A stretch of 64,000 bases of DNA from Alphaproteobacteria bacterium (GTDB lineage: Bacteria; Pseudomonadota; Alphaproteobacteria; UBA2966). Shown one piece after another: positions 39,473-50,007 of this stretch. Location: the NCBI GenBank assembly GCA_964291395.2, contig OZ219856.1, positions 1,824,001-1,888,000 on the forward strand, written 5' to 3'. A program made the translations under genes and the position numbers. Positions within the stretch are counted from its first letter, which is position 1; every line of letters begins with the position of its first letter. The notes under the pieces are model-generated. The model searched no databases and had not been told where the DNA came from. It saw nothing but the letters and a program-made list of their open reading frames with translations.

Positions 39473-40973
39473 TCACCGTGTCGCGCCGGGGTCGAGTGGA
39501 TAGATCGGGCGGCGCAGTCTCTCGAAGGGGAACAGGCCGTAGTCGGAGCTGCAGACTCCGGGCCCCGCGACCTCGACGATGTGCCTGGCGATCGGTTCGA
39601 AGGCGGCCCGGAAATGCTGGCGCGACTTGATCAGCAGATACTTCTTTCGGGTCGGCTCGATGCCCGCGTGGCGAAAGACGCCGAGGTCGAACGGTTCCAT
39701 GCGCTCCTCGGACACCATGATCTCGACGCCGCCACAGTCCAGCACGGCCGTCCGACCGAGGCTGATCCGCATGCCCGTCATCATCGGGCCCGTGACCGTG
39801 AAGCGGCCGTCGGTGATGGCCCGGACACGACCGGCAACCTGCAGCGGCCGCCCCTCGAGGTTGATCGCCGGCATGTCGGTCTTGCCGCCGAGGTCGAGCG
39901 CGATCTCGGTTCCCCACCCCCGCGTCGATGATCTCCGCCACGGCCCCCGGGTCCCAAACGGGCGAGACGGCGACGTCCTCGAGACCTTGGCGCATCACTT
40001 CCTCGACGGCGGCCATGACGTCCTGGTTGCCGCCGGCGCCGCAATTGTCGCCGTGTTCCACGAGCACGACCGGTCCCCCGTCGAGAGCCTTGGCGCGGGC
40101 GATGGAGTCCTCCGCCGGCTCCACGGGATAGACGAAATCCGCCCGGCGCTCCCAGGTCATGGCGAGCAGCGCCTCGGACAGCTGCACCGCCGCGCCGGCA
40201 TCCCCGTCTCCCACGACGACCGTCGATACGCCGACGTGCGGGTGATCCGCCAGCGGGAACCCGCCGAAAACGCTGGCGTTCAACACCTTCCCCTCGGCCT
40301 CGGCGGCGATCGCCATGTCCATCACGTCCTTCATGGGCTGGCGCGCCGGCGTCTGGCGGAGCATGTGAGTCAGCAGAGGCAGGGATCCCCAGGCCATGAC
40401 GGGCGTGATCTCGCCGTCGAGCGACCGCAACAGCGTTCGTCCGGCGCGTAGGCCGGCGTCGTACATGTCGACGTGCGGGTACGTGCGGTAGCCCGTGATG
40501 ATGGTGGCGTTCTCGATGGTTTCGGCGCTCAGGTTGGCGTGGAAGTCGAAAGCCACGGCGATGGGCAGGTCCGGCGCCACGGTGCGAACCCGTTTCAGGA
40601 GCCGTCCTTCCGGGTCGTCGTAGAGACCCGTCACCATGGCGCCGTGCAGGTCGAGAAACAGGGCGTCGCAGCCCACGACGACGGAATCGCAGATGGTGTT
40701 GGCGATAAGCCTCGAAGGCATCGTCCGGGACCGGCCCGCCGGGCTTGGACAGGCCTCGCCGGCGACGGGCGTGACGACCTCGGCACCCACTTCCCGCGCC
40801 AGATCGAGATAGGCGGCGATCGGGTTGTTGGTTCCGGCGTAGGCCTCGACGACCTCGTCGCCGTAGAACGGTTCCCCGTCGTGGCCCCCGGTCCGTCCGA
40901 AACTCGACAGGGGCGTCGGCAGGGGCGAGAACGTATTCGTCTCGTGTCTCATCATGGCGATGACGAATCTCAT
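39473..40973 (-). pseudogene. MlrC / M81 family metallopeptidase, frameshifted
   Basis: 'HETNTFSP', 'LDLHGAM', 'DFHAN', 'YRTYPHVD', C-terminal 'IKSRQHFRA'; frameshift near 39905 and a locally scrambled stretch near 40720-40745. Confidence 0.85.
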
Positions 40974-40983
40974 GACCTCTCCT

Positions 40984-42656
40984 TCACGCCCTCCCCGCCC
41001 GCTCCCGTCCTCCGCCGTCCGACCGGCCGGGCGAACGTCCGCGGACGAGGTCCGCCGCCTTCTCGGCGACCATCACGGACGGCGCGTGCGTGTTGCTGCT
41101 GGTCAACGACGGGAACACGGAAGCGTCGGCCACCCGCAATCCCTCGACGCCCCTGACCCGGAGCTCCCCATCGACGACGGCGCCGTCGTCCGCTCCCATG
41201 CGGCAGGTGCCGACCGGATGGAACATGGTGTCGGCCGTCCGGCGAATCCACGCCTCGACGTCGGCGTCGCGCCGCACGTCCCCGCCCGGCGACAGCTCCC
41301 GTCCGCGAAAGGGATCGAAGGCCGGCTGGGCGAACACGTCGCGCAGCAACGCCACGCCCCTCTTGAGCCGTTCCATGTCGTCGGGATGCGACAAGTAGCC
41401 GGGCTGAATGGCCGGCGGCGAGAGCGGATGGGCGTCGGCCAGGCGTATCTCGCCCCGGCTGAACGGCCGCATGGGACATATGTTGGCGGTGAAACCGTGA
41501 CCTTCGGCGGTCGCGGTGCTCACCGCGAAGGGGTTGCGGCGCGGCTGCCCGGTGGACAGCGCCGGCGCGAAATGGCTCTGCAAATCCGGGAGATCGAGCG
41601 CCGGGTCCGATTTCAGGAAGGCGCCGGCCTCGAGCGGAAAGCCGGACCCCGGGCCCGTCCCGAACAACATCGCGCGAACGACGGTGAAGACCGCGCGGTC
41701 GACGCGGTCCAGCCGCGCCAGCGTGATCGGCTCGGTCGCCGCATACTGCACCCGCACCAGCACATGGTCCTGCAGGTTCCGCCCGACCTGGGACGATCCG
41801 CGACCACGCCGATGCCGTGGTCCCGCAGATGGTCGGCCGCGCCGACGCCGGAGAGCATCAACAGTTGCGGCGAATTGACGACACCGCCCGAGAGCACGAT
41901 CTCGCGACGGGCGCGGACGTCCCTCGGCCTGCCGGACCGCCGTACCCGCACGCCCACCGCCCGATTCCCCTCGAACAGGACGCGTGTCGCGTGCGCCCGC
42001 GTCCATATGGCGAGATTGGGCCGCGACCGCGCATCCCGGAGAAAGGCGTCGGCGCTGCTCACGCGCCGGCCGTCGCGAATGTTGAAATGAAAGAGGCCGA
42101 ACCCCTCGGGCCGCGGGCCGTTGAAGTCATCGGTCACCGGATGACCCGCCTGCCGGCCGGCCTCGACGTAAGCGCCGAACAGCGGACTGGACGGCCGCTC
42201 CCGCCGCGTCACCGGCAGCGGCCCCCCCGCGGCATGACGTTCGTCCGGGACACCGCCGAAGTCCTCGGAACGCCGAAAGTAGGGCAACACGTCGTCGAAG
42301 GACCACCCGGCGAGGCCGCTCTGAGCCCAGCCGTCGAAGTCGCTCGGCAATCCCCGCGAGTAGACCATGCCGTTGATCGCCGACGATCCGCCCAGCACCT
42401 TGCCGCGCGCCCAGGCGACCCGGCGGCCGTTCAGGCCGGGCACGGGTTCGGTGACATAGCTCCAGTTGTAGCGCCGCCCGCGAAACATCGCCCCGGCCAT
42501 CAGCGGCACCCGCAGCAAGGGATCGAAGTTTCCGGGGCCGGCCTCGAGCAGCAGCACGCGTACGTCCGAATCCTCGCTCAAGCGGGACGCCAGCACGCAA
42601 CCCGCCGAACCGGCGCCGACGACGACGTAGTCGAACTCGGCGGTTCCGTCCCTCAT
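40984..42656 (-). pseudogene. GMC oxidoreductase (choline dehydrogenase-like), frameshifted near 41795
   Basis: 'VGAGSAG', 'RGKVLGGSSAINGM', 'SPQLLMLSGVG', then in another frame 'VGRNLQDH...FHPVGTCRMG...RVADAS'. Confidence 0.88.
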
Positions 42657-42697
42657 CGCCGGGCGTTCCCGGCTACGGGTGCGGTTTCACGGCACCG

Positions 42698-43344
42698 CTA
42701 CTCGGCATAGGCCGGCGGGCATTCGCCCGCGTCCGCCGCGCGCCGCCAAACGTCGACGGCATCGATCAGCGTGTTGGCGCCGCAGGGCATGATCAGATAG
42801 CTCAGCCCCTCGGCCACCTGCCCTTCCGTCGCGCCGTGCTCGAACGCCCGGCGAAGGTGAAACCGGAGGCCGTCGGGCACGTGGCGCGCGGCAAAGCAGA
42901 CGACGAGCATGATCTCCGCCACCCGCGCCTCGAGGCCGCCGCGGGCGGAGGCGATGACCGCGCCGTAACGCTCCATGGCGCCGGCGCGGGACATCCACTC
43001 CGGCCACCTGGACGCGGCAAACTCCATTCCCGGAACGCCTCGCTCGCCGCCGCCAGGGCGATGGCGTCGCCGATCTCCTCCCGCGTCAACCCCGCCTCGG
43101 CGCCTCTCTGCAGGTGGATGCGGCCGACCTCCTCGCGGGCGGCGGTGACGAGGGCGGTCCACACGAGCTCGCGCTCGCGGAGCGTCAGGTCGCGCCGGTT
43201 CAGCGTCAGACGGGTGTAGAACGCGTTGAAGCTCGTCAACAACCCGGGGGAATACTCGGCCAGCACCCGCTGATAAGGCAGGATGTATCCCCGGTCCTTC
43301 ACGAATGCCGCAACGGCTTCCTCCCTGGTGACGCTGTCGCTCAT
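42698..43344 (-). pseudogene. carboxymuconolactone decarboxylase (CMD/AhpD-like) family protein, frameshifted near 43030
   Basis: 'LTLRERELVW..IHLQRGAEAGLTREEI' and a second repeat 'FHLRRAFEHGATEGQVAE' in another frame. Confidence 0.75.
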
Positions 43345-43388
43345 CGATCCGCCTCCCCCGTCGCCTGACATGCCGGGCCGTCCGTCGC

Positions 43389-44141
43389 CTAGAGACCGAA
43401 GAAGATGCCGCCGGAGATCGGCAGCACGGCGCCCGTCACGTAATTCGAGGCGGGCGAGCACAGAAACCGAACCGGTTCGGCCACGTCCTCGGGATCGCCG
43501 ATCCGCCCCAACGGGATGGCGTCGAGCGGCGGCTTGTTGAAATCGGCGTTGAGCTCGGTGGCGATGACGCCCGGCGACACCGTGTTGCAGTAGATGTTGT
43601 GCGGTCCGCCGTTGCGCGCCGTATGACGCGTGAGCGCGACGATCGCGCCCTTCGAGGCCGAATACTCGGGTCCGATGGCCAGGCCGCCCTGGTGCGCGGC
43701 CATGGACGCGATGGTGACGATCTTGCCGTACGCCGCGGCGACCATGTGCGGCCAGGCCGCCGCGATGCAGTAGTAGGTGCCGTCGACGTTCACCTTGTTG
43801 ACCCGCTCCCATTGCTCGGTGCCGACCTCCATGCCCCCCTTCGGCATGATGCCGGCGCAGCAGACCAGGATGTCGAGGCGCCCGAAGTCCTCCACGATCC
43901 TGTCGACCGCGGCCGCCGCGGCGGCGCGGTCCGTGACGTCGACCTCCAATGCCGTGGCGCGGCGGCCCCGCGCCTCGGCGTCCGCGACCGTGGCGGCGCA
44001 ATCACGGAGATCGCCCGCGGCGACGTCGACGCCGGCATCCGCCAGCGTGCGGCAGACCGCCGCGCCGATGCCCCGCGCGCCGCCGGTAACGAACGCCACC
44101 TGTCCGGTCATGTCGGTCGTGCGGGAAAGTGGTGCGGGCAT
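43389..44141 (-). CDS. short-chain dehydrogenase/reductase (FabG-like)
   Basis: 'TGGARGIG', 'YSASK', 'PLGRIGDPEDVA'. Confidence 0.92.
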   Translation of the reverse strand: MPAPLSRTTDMTGQVAFVTGGARGIGAAVCRTLADAGVDVAAGDLRDCAATVADAEARGRRATALEVDVTDRAAAAAAVDRIVEDFGRLDILVCCAGIMPKGGMEVGTEQWERVNKVNVDGTYYCIAAAWPHMVAAAYGKIVTIASMAAHQGGLAIGPEYSASKGAIVALTRHTARNGGPHNIYCNTVSPGVIATELNADFNKPPLDAIPLGRIGDPEDVAEPVRFLCSPASNYVTGAVLPISGGIFFGL

Positions 44142-44401
44142 GATGACGGCTCCTGACTGTCAAGGTCTTCGATCGCTCGGAGTCTCCCGAGCACGCGAGA
44201 CGGGATGCGGTCGGGATGACGCCGCGCCGGCGGCCCGTTCCGAAGCTTTCCGCATCAACGCGAATCAAACCGCCTCGAGGCGCAATGGCGGGCGCGGCGA
44301 CCCGACGCAACGCGACGCGGAAAGCGCGCCCAAGGGACTCGACGGGGATGCGGCGCGCCGGCGGCGCCGCGTCGATTCATGGCCACCCCGCATCGCCTGC
44401 A

Positions 44402-44953
44402 TCACGTGCCGCCGGTCGTGTCGCCGGACCCGTCCGCCTCTTCCGTTCCGGCGGCCTCGGCGGCGGTAGCGGCGAGGTCCTTCAGAACAGCGGCGAGCTT
44501 CACGAGGTCTTTGGTCTCGACGTCCCGGAGGTGGTGGTTGAAGAGGTGCGCGATGTGGAACGTGTACTCCGGGTCGTCACACGCGGACGGGTCGAACATT
44601 TCCGCGAACGGCCCGTACGCCCGGATCAGGTACATGGCCAACGCCTCCGCGCGCTCCGGCACCCCGGAGTCCGCGGCCGGCGGCGCGCCGTCGATCCTAT
44701 CGATACGGTGGAACACCAATTCGATGGCAAGCCGCAGAGCCCACGGACTGATCGTCTCGCCCTTGCGGCGCAGACACACCTCCAGGCCCACGACATCGGC
44801 CACCCGCGCCGCCCGCTCCAGCGACGGGACCTTGCCCGCCCGCATGGCCGCCACCGCGTTGCCGCTCAACCCGGCAGCCTGGCTGATGTCCTTGTCGGAC
44901 CGGGGGCCGCGGGCGTTATCGATGCAGTCCAGGAACGCGGCGACATCCATCAT
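44402..44953 (-). CDS. putative XRE/Cro-like HTH regulator
   Basis: 'DKDISQAAGLSGNAVAAMRAGKVPSLERAARVADVVGLE' resembles an HTH; divergent from a phage-like gene. Confidence 0.6.
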   Translation of the reverse strand: MMDVAAFLDCIDNARGPRSDKDISQAAGLSGNAVAAMRAGKVPSLERAARVADVVGLEVCLRRKGETISPWALRLAIELVFHRIDRIDGAPPAADSGVPERAEALAMYLIRAYGPFAEMFDPSACDDPEYTFHIAHLFNHHLRDVETKDLVKLAAVLKDLAATAAEAAGTEEADGSGDTTGGT

Positions 44954-44974
44954 GGGGAGACGGTACCACGGGCA

Positions 44975-45030
44975 TCACTTTGGTGCAAGTTCACTAAAAT
45001 AGTTATATCAAGACTCTTATAATGTGCTAT
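44975..45030. promoter_or_regulatory. AT-rich divergent promoter region
   Basis: AT-rich spacer containing TATAAT (45018-45023) between divergent genes in otherwise GC-rich DNA. Confidence 0.5.
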
Positions 45031-45679
45031 GATCACCGTCATGCCGCCCCGCAGCACCGTCTACACCCTCCCCGAACCGGTGCGCGAGGCGCTCGACCGG
45101 CGCATCATCGCCGCCGGCTTCGGGCGCTACGCCGATCATGGCGCCTGGCTGGCCGGCCAGGGCCACGCGATCAGCCTGGCCGCGCTCCAGCGCTACGGGA
45201 GGCGGCTTCGGGACGGCGTCGAGCGCGACCGCGCGGGAGCGCGCGAGGCCGCGGCGGCCATGACGGCGCGCATCCGCCGGAGCAACGAGATGGCGCGGGC
45301 AATCGACGAGGCCACGGACGACGACCCCCTGGCCTTGCCGGAGCGGGCGGTGGGCATGTGCCTGCTCCGCATCTGCGAGGCCGCGACCGAGGAAGACGTC
45401 GACCCCAGGACCCTCCAGGCCGCCGGGCGCCTGCTGAACGACTGCCTGCGCGGCATGGAGTTCATCCGGTCCGAGCGGGAAGAGGCGCGGAAACGGGCCC
45501 TGCGAGCATCGCGGGGAGGGGCAGGTGCGGACAGGAAGGGACTCAGCCCGGAACTCGCGGCCGCGATCCGCCTGATGGTCGAAGGCCCCCCGCAAGAAGG
45601 CGGCCCCCCGCAAGATTTCAACGGCGGCCGGATCCGGAATGAACGGCTCGGGGCGGACTATCCCGACGACTCCGCGTGA
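45029..45679 (+). CDS. DUF3486 / phage Mu gp27-like protein
   Basis: 'MPPRSTVYTLPEPVREALDRRI..GFGRY...WLAGQGHAISLAALQRYG' and C-terminal 'GLSPELAAAIR' match the DUF3486 pattern. Confidence 0.75.
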   Translation: MITVMPPRSTVYTLPEPVREALDRRIIAAGFGRYADHGAWLAGQGHAISLAALQRYGRRLRDGVERDRAGAREAAAAMTARIRRSNEMARAIDEATDDDPLALPERAVGMCLLRICEAATEEDVDPRTLQAAGRLLNDCLRGMEFIRSEREEARKRALRASRGGAGADRKGLSPELAAAIRLMVEGPPQEGGPPQDFNGGRIRNERLGADYPDDSA

Positions 45680-45812
45680 GGGTCCCCGCGACCGGTCTCC
45701 CCCTGCCCCGTCGGCGCGAACGTCGGGGGTGGGGGTGTCCGAAATCACGGGTCTCGCGCGGTCACCGTCCGACGCCGCACGACACCCATCGCGCTGGCGG
45801 CGGGCGTCCAGC

Positions 45813-45914
45813 TTGGCCGAAAAACCTGCAGTGCACTAACATTCGAACCGGACCAGTTCGGACCGTTTTCTTCCGCTCCACACCGCTGGGTAGATTTCAT
45901 GCGGGGGCCCACCA
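45813..45914 (+). mobile_element. IS3-family right-end remnant
   Basis: 45813-45857 closely matches 8393-8437 (…AACATTCGAACCGGACCAGT); terminal-like GGGGGCCCACCA at 45903-45914. Confidence 0.55.
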
Positions 45915-46174
45915 CCCCATCCCTCATGTGCCAATTGAGGGAGCCATGCAGCTTGTACAGGTTGATGCCCGCGCTGGGATTCTGGAACAGAGATGGCGAC
46001 CAATCTCCGGTGTCTCGCCAGAGTGTCGGTATTGTGATGCCAAAGCCGACGGCAGGGGGTATTGCACCGATCTATGTGCCTTGACGAATGGTCCGCCTTC
46101 TCTCGAGGGCTGCAATTTCTTGACAATTTGCAAGTATAACTTTCAATATCACAAATTGCAAGTTACTATGCGCT

Positions 46175-47356
46175 ATGATCGACCGTGAGATCGCACCCTG
46201 CCTGGTCGCATTGTTCGAGCAATACCCGTTCGTCACCGTGACCGGGCCACGACAGTCGGGCAAGACCACGCTCTGCCGCGCCGCCTTCCCGCATCTCGAC
46301 TATGTCAATCTGGAAGCGCCCGATCAGCGGGAATTCGCGGAGTCCGATCCGAGGGGGTTTCTTGCGCGTTTCCGCGAAGGAGCCATCCTGGATGAAATCC
46401 AGCGCGTCCCCGATCTCTTGTCCTACCTGCAGGTTCTGGCGGACGAGGCGGGGCGGAACGGCCTCTTCGTTCTGACCGGGAGCGAGCAGTTCCGGCTCTC
46501 CGACGCCATAAGCCAGTCGCTAGCCGGACGCACCGCGTTGCTTCGTCTGCTGCCATTCTCGCTTGTCGAACGCCGGCGAACCGGTGCGAGCGACAGCATC
46601 GACGACATCCTCTATTCCGGCTTCTATCCCCGGATTCACGACCGGAAACTCGAGCCCCGGCAGGCGCTTGGCGACTATTTCGAGACCTATGTCGAGCGCG
46701 ACGTGCGCAGGATCGGCGAGATCCGGAACCTCGCAAACTTCCGCAGGTTTGTCCGCCTGTGCGCCGGTCGTGTGGGGCAACTGGCCAACCTGTCGTCCCT
46801 TGGCGCGGATGCCGGGGTGTCCCACACCACGGCAAGCCATTGGCTCACGGTTCTGGAGGCAAGCTATGTCGTGTTCCGGCTCCCGCCGTTTCACGCCAAT
46901 ATCCGCAAGCGGCTGGTCAAGTCGCCGAAGCTCTACTTCTACGACGTCGGGCTGGCGAGCCACCTAATCGGCATCGAACATGCCGGACAGATCGGCACCC
47001 ACCCGCTTCGCGGGCCGCTGTTCGAGAATGCCGTCGTGGTAGAGGCGCTCAAACACCGCTTCAATCGGGGCCGCCGACCCAACCTGTCCTTTTTCCGGGA
47101 CAGCCGTGGTCTCGAGTGCGATCTGCTGTACGAGAACGGCCACGGCATGGCGGCCATGGAGATCAAGTCAGGTGCGACGGTCGCTTCCGACTGGTTCGAT
47201 TCGCTCAACCGGGTGGCGAAAGAGCTGCCGGAGATCGCCACCAAGGCTGTTGTCTATGGAGGTGCGGAACGACAATCTCGGCGGGACGGAGAGGTGGTTC
47301 CTCTGACTGACCTGTGCGAAATGCTTGAGCGACTCGAAGATCGGAAGGAATCCTGA
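46175..47356 (+). CDS. AAA ATPase with DUF4143 (AAA_14 + DUF4143)
   Basis: 'TGPRQSGKTT', 'LDEIQRVP', 'SLAGR', 'KSPKLYFYDVG', 'FFRDSRGLECD', 'EIKS'. Confidence 0.92.
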   Translation: MIDREIAPCLVALFEQYPFVTVTGPRQSGKTTLCRAAFPHLDYVNLEAPDQREFAESDPRGFLARFREGAILDEIQRVPDLLSYLQVLADEAGRNGLFVLTGSEQFRLSDAISQSLAGRTALLRLLPFSLVERRRTGASDSIDDILYSGFYPRIHDRKLEPRQALGDYFETYVERDVRRIGEIRNLANFRRFVRLCAGRVGQLANLSSLGADAGVSHTTASHWLTVLEASYVVFRLPPFHANIRKRLVKSPKLYFYDVGLASHLIGIEHAGQIGTHPLRGPLFENAVVVEALKHRFNRGRRPNLSFFRDSRGLECDLLYENGHGMAAMEIKSGATVASDWFDSLNRVAKELPEIATKAVVYGGAERQSRRDGEVVPLTDLCEMLERLEDRKES

Positions 47357-47498
47357 TGGGCGCAATTTGTAAAGCATCGCTCCACAGGAGGCGGGTTTGC
47401 TCCGGGGTCTGTGCCGATTCATGGTCAGACGCGCCGGAAGATTGGCCGACGATCATGCGAACGCAGTCTACGTGGACCGCTTGCGCCGAGAGCTTGTG

Positions 47499-47745
47499 AT
47501 GGACGTATTCGATCTCGATGAAGCCGTCATCGATCGCTACAAAGCGTTCGCGCGCTCGTTCACCGATATCCGCTCACCGGAGTTGAGCGCCAAGGTCGAC
47601 GAACTGTATGCCACCAGGCATTTCTGGCCGGAGCCGCTGATCCAGCTGAATCTGCACTACGCCGACGGCGGCTCGATACAGGATTTCATCGACGCAGGCG
47701 ATCTGGAACCGGAATGCGTCGAGGTGTTTCGGGGCGTGCCGGATT
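47499..47745 (+). pseudogene. N-terminal stub of a large DEAD/DEAH helicase
   Basis: 'MDVFDLDEAVIDRYKAFARSFTDIR...FWPEPLIQLN' resembles the start of large defence-associated helicases; similarity is lost after about 80 codons. Confidence 0.65.
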
Positions 47746-47965
47746 CTGCGGCGGGACGGCATGCTGACGGTCAACGACTACCACCCGTTTCGCAGGATCT
47801 GGCGGCAATCCCCTCCATCGATGTTCAACATCGATCAACACCCATCAGTTTCGCCACGAACAATACCTCCCAATTCCTGCAAATTGTGTGGGTAGGAATG
47901 TTGGGACAAAGTGAGTTGTAAGAAAAATTTTATATGTGATTCAAAGGTGTAGTGATCAGTATCGG

Positions 47966-48294
47966 CATCGCATCGCTGCGGCTTCGGGCGCTACGCCGAT
48001 CATGGCGCCTGGCTGGCCGGCCAGGGCCACGCGATCAGCCCGGCCGCGCTCCAGCGCTACGGGAGGCGGCTTCGGGACGGCGTCGAGCGCGACCGCGCGG
48101 GAGCGCGCGAGGCCGCGGCGGCCATGACGGCGCGCATCCGCCGGAGCAACGAGATGGCGCGGGCAATCGACGAGGCCACGGACGACGACCCCCTGGCCTT
48201 GCCGGCCCGAACGTCGGGGGGTGTCGGAAGCCCCGGACCTCGCGCGGTCACCGTTCGACGCCGCACGACACCCATCGCGCCGGCGGCGGGCGTC
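47966..48294 (+). repeat. partial, internally deleted duplicate of the DUF3486 locus
   Basis: About 47980-48204 is near-identical to about 45116-45340, then the match jumps to about 45716-45808. Confidence 0.9.
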
Positions 48295-48434
48295 ACAGAG
48301 GACAAGTCCCCGGCCTCCGACAGGGCGTTCGTGAGAATTTGCGGGAGACAGGCGGGGCCACGTTCGCCGAAATGGCCGCAGGCGGTCGCCCACGCGAGGA
48401 GACCGCCCAAAAAGGCTTCGCGAGGGGGCAACAT

Positions 48435-49469
48435 CGGCACCACATGCTCCCAAGCGCGCCGCCAGGCCGGCGCGACCGCCAGGTAGCGCTCACCCCAGCC
48501 GGCCTCGAACTCATCGAGCCTGGCCGCCGCCTCGGCCGTCTCGGCGCGGTAGATCGCCCGCAGGTCGGGCATGACCTTCTTGCGGTCCTTCCAGGAGACG
48601 AAGGCCAGAGAGTTGCGGATCAGATGCACGATGCAGGTCTGAACCGCGGTCTGCGGGAACACCGCGGCGATCGCGTCGGGGAAGCCGGTCAGCCCGTCGA
48701 CCACCGCGATCAGAATGTCGCCGACGCCGCGGGTCTGCAGCTCGTTCATCACCTTGAGCCAGAACTTGGCGCCCTCGGTCTGCTCGATCCACAGCCCCAG
48801 CACCTCCTTCTCGCCCTGACAGGTGATCCCCAGCGCCAGATACACCGCCTTGTTGCGGACCAACCCCACGTCGCGGATCTTGACCCGGAGCGCATCGAAG
48901 AACACCACCGGATAGACCGCATCCAGAGGCCGGTTCTGCCACTCGCGGACCTCCTCGAGCACCGCGTCGGTCACCCGGCTGATCAGGTCCGGCGATACGT
49001 CAACCCTGTAGAGATCCTACAGGTGTCCCTGGATCTCGCGCACCGTCATGCCGCGCGCATAGAGCGATAGGATGCGGTCGTCGAAGCCGTCGAGACGGCG
49101 CTCGCCCTTCGGCACGATCGCCGGCTCGAAGCTGCCGTTGCGGTCGCGCGGAACCGCCAGCTCGACCGCGCCGTCCTCGGTCAGAACCTTCTGGCCCGAA
49201 TGGCCGTTGCGGCTGTTGCCCGTGCCGCGGCCCGCCGGGTCGCCCTTCTCGTAGCCCAGGTGATCGGTCAGCTCGGCGCCAAGCGCACGCTCCAGAAGCG
49301 CCTTCTTCAGCTGCTTGAAAAGCCCCTCATCGCCCAACAGGTCCTCCGGCGTCTCATAATCGGCCAGTAGCTCGTCCAAAAGTTCGGGTCTCAGTGTCGT
49401 CATCGCAGGTCCTCCCCTACAAGATATAGGACCCACAGCAGTCACCTACACAAGATATCGGACAGTCTC
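48435..49469 (-). mobile_element. IS256-family element, inactivated (in-frame TAG, 3' truncated)
   Basis: 'ERALGAELTDHLGY..NSRNG','VPRDRNGSFEP','YARGMTVREI', TAG at 49017-49019, then 'VFFDAL','EGAKFWL','VDGLTGF','QTCIVHLIRN'; left IR-like GAGACTGTCCGATATCTTGTGT at 49469-49448. Confidence 0.9.
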
Positions 49470-50007
49470 TGGCCAGCCCATGTTCCCTCCTATGCCTCAG
49501 ATGCTTGCGCCACCGTTCGACGCGAGATATTTCTGTTTCCTTGAGCCAAACACAGGTGACGCCCGCCCATGGGTCACAACGGGAAACAGACGATCAAGGT
49601 ACGCCTCGCAAAGGCAATCCCTGACATCTGCTTACCCCCTCTCCCTGCTCCAGGATTATCGCACCAGCTTTCCGCCCCTCAACTGGACCCACGCTCTCAC
49701 GACCGCCACGATCGTTCATGGGCACAGCCGGAGGCTTCCATTGTTTTGACTATCACACCTCAACGACAACGTGTCGGAGCATCTCGCGTGTCAAGCCGAC
49801 AGCTACCTTCACAGGGTTCGAACGAAGAGCCTTGTGATCCGCGAGTCCGTGTCGGAGGTTGGAGTGAGCGTCACCAGCATCGAGAAGGGGTAACACGCGA
49901 TACCTTGGCTTGGTCAACAAATTCTCTTCCTCTCAGCCAGAGCCCCATTTCACCTCCTTTGCCAGGACCGTACTGGAGCCAAGTAAGTACACCCGACAGC
50001 ATCCGGC

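Noticed and set aside
48321-48430. Possible additional IS end (CAGGGCGTTCGTGAGAATTTG) where IS256 is truncated
   Set aside because: No partner IR or recognisable transposase fragment to support a family call.
49017-49019. In-frame TAG in the IS256 transposase as possible pyrrolysine or programmed read-through
   Set aside because: Most simply a GAG/CAG-to-TAG nonsense change at a non-catalytic position in an element that is also 3' truncated; no pyl genes in the window.
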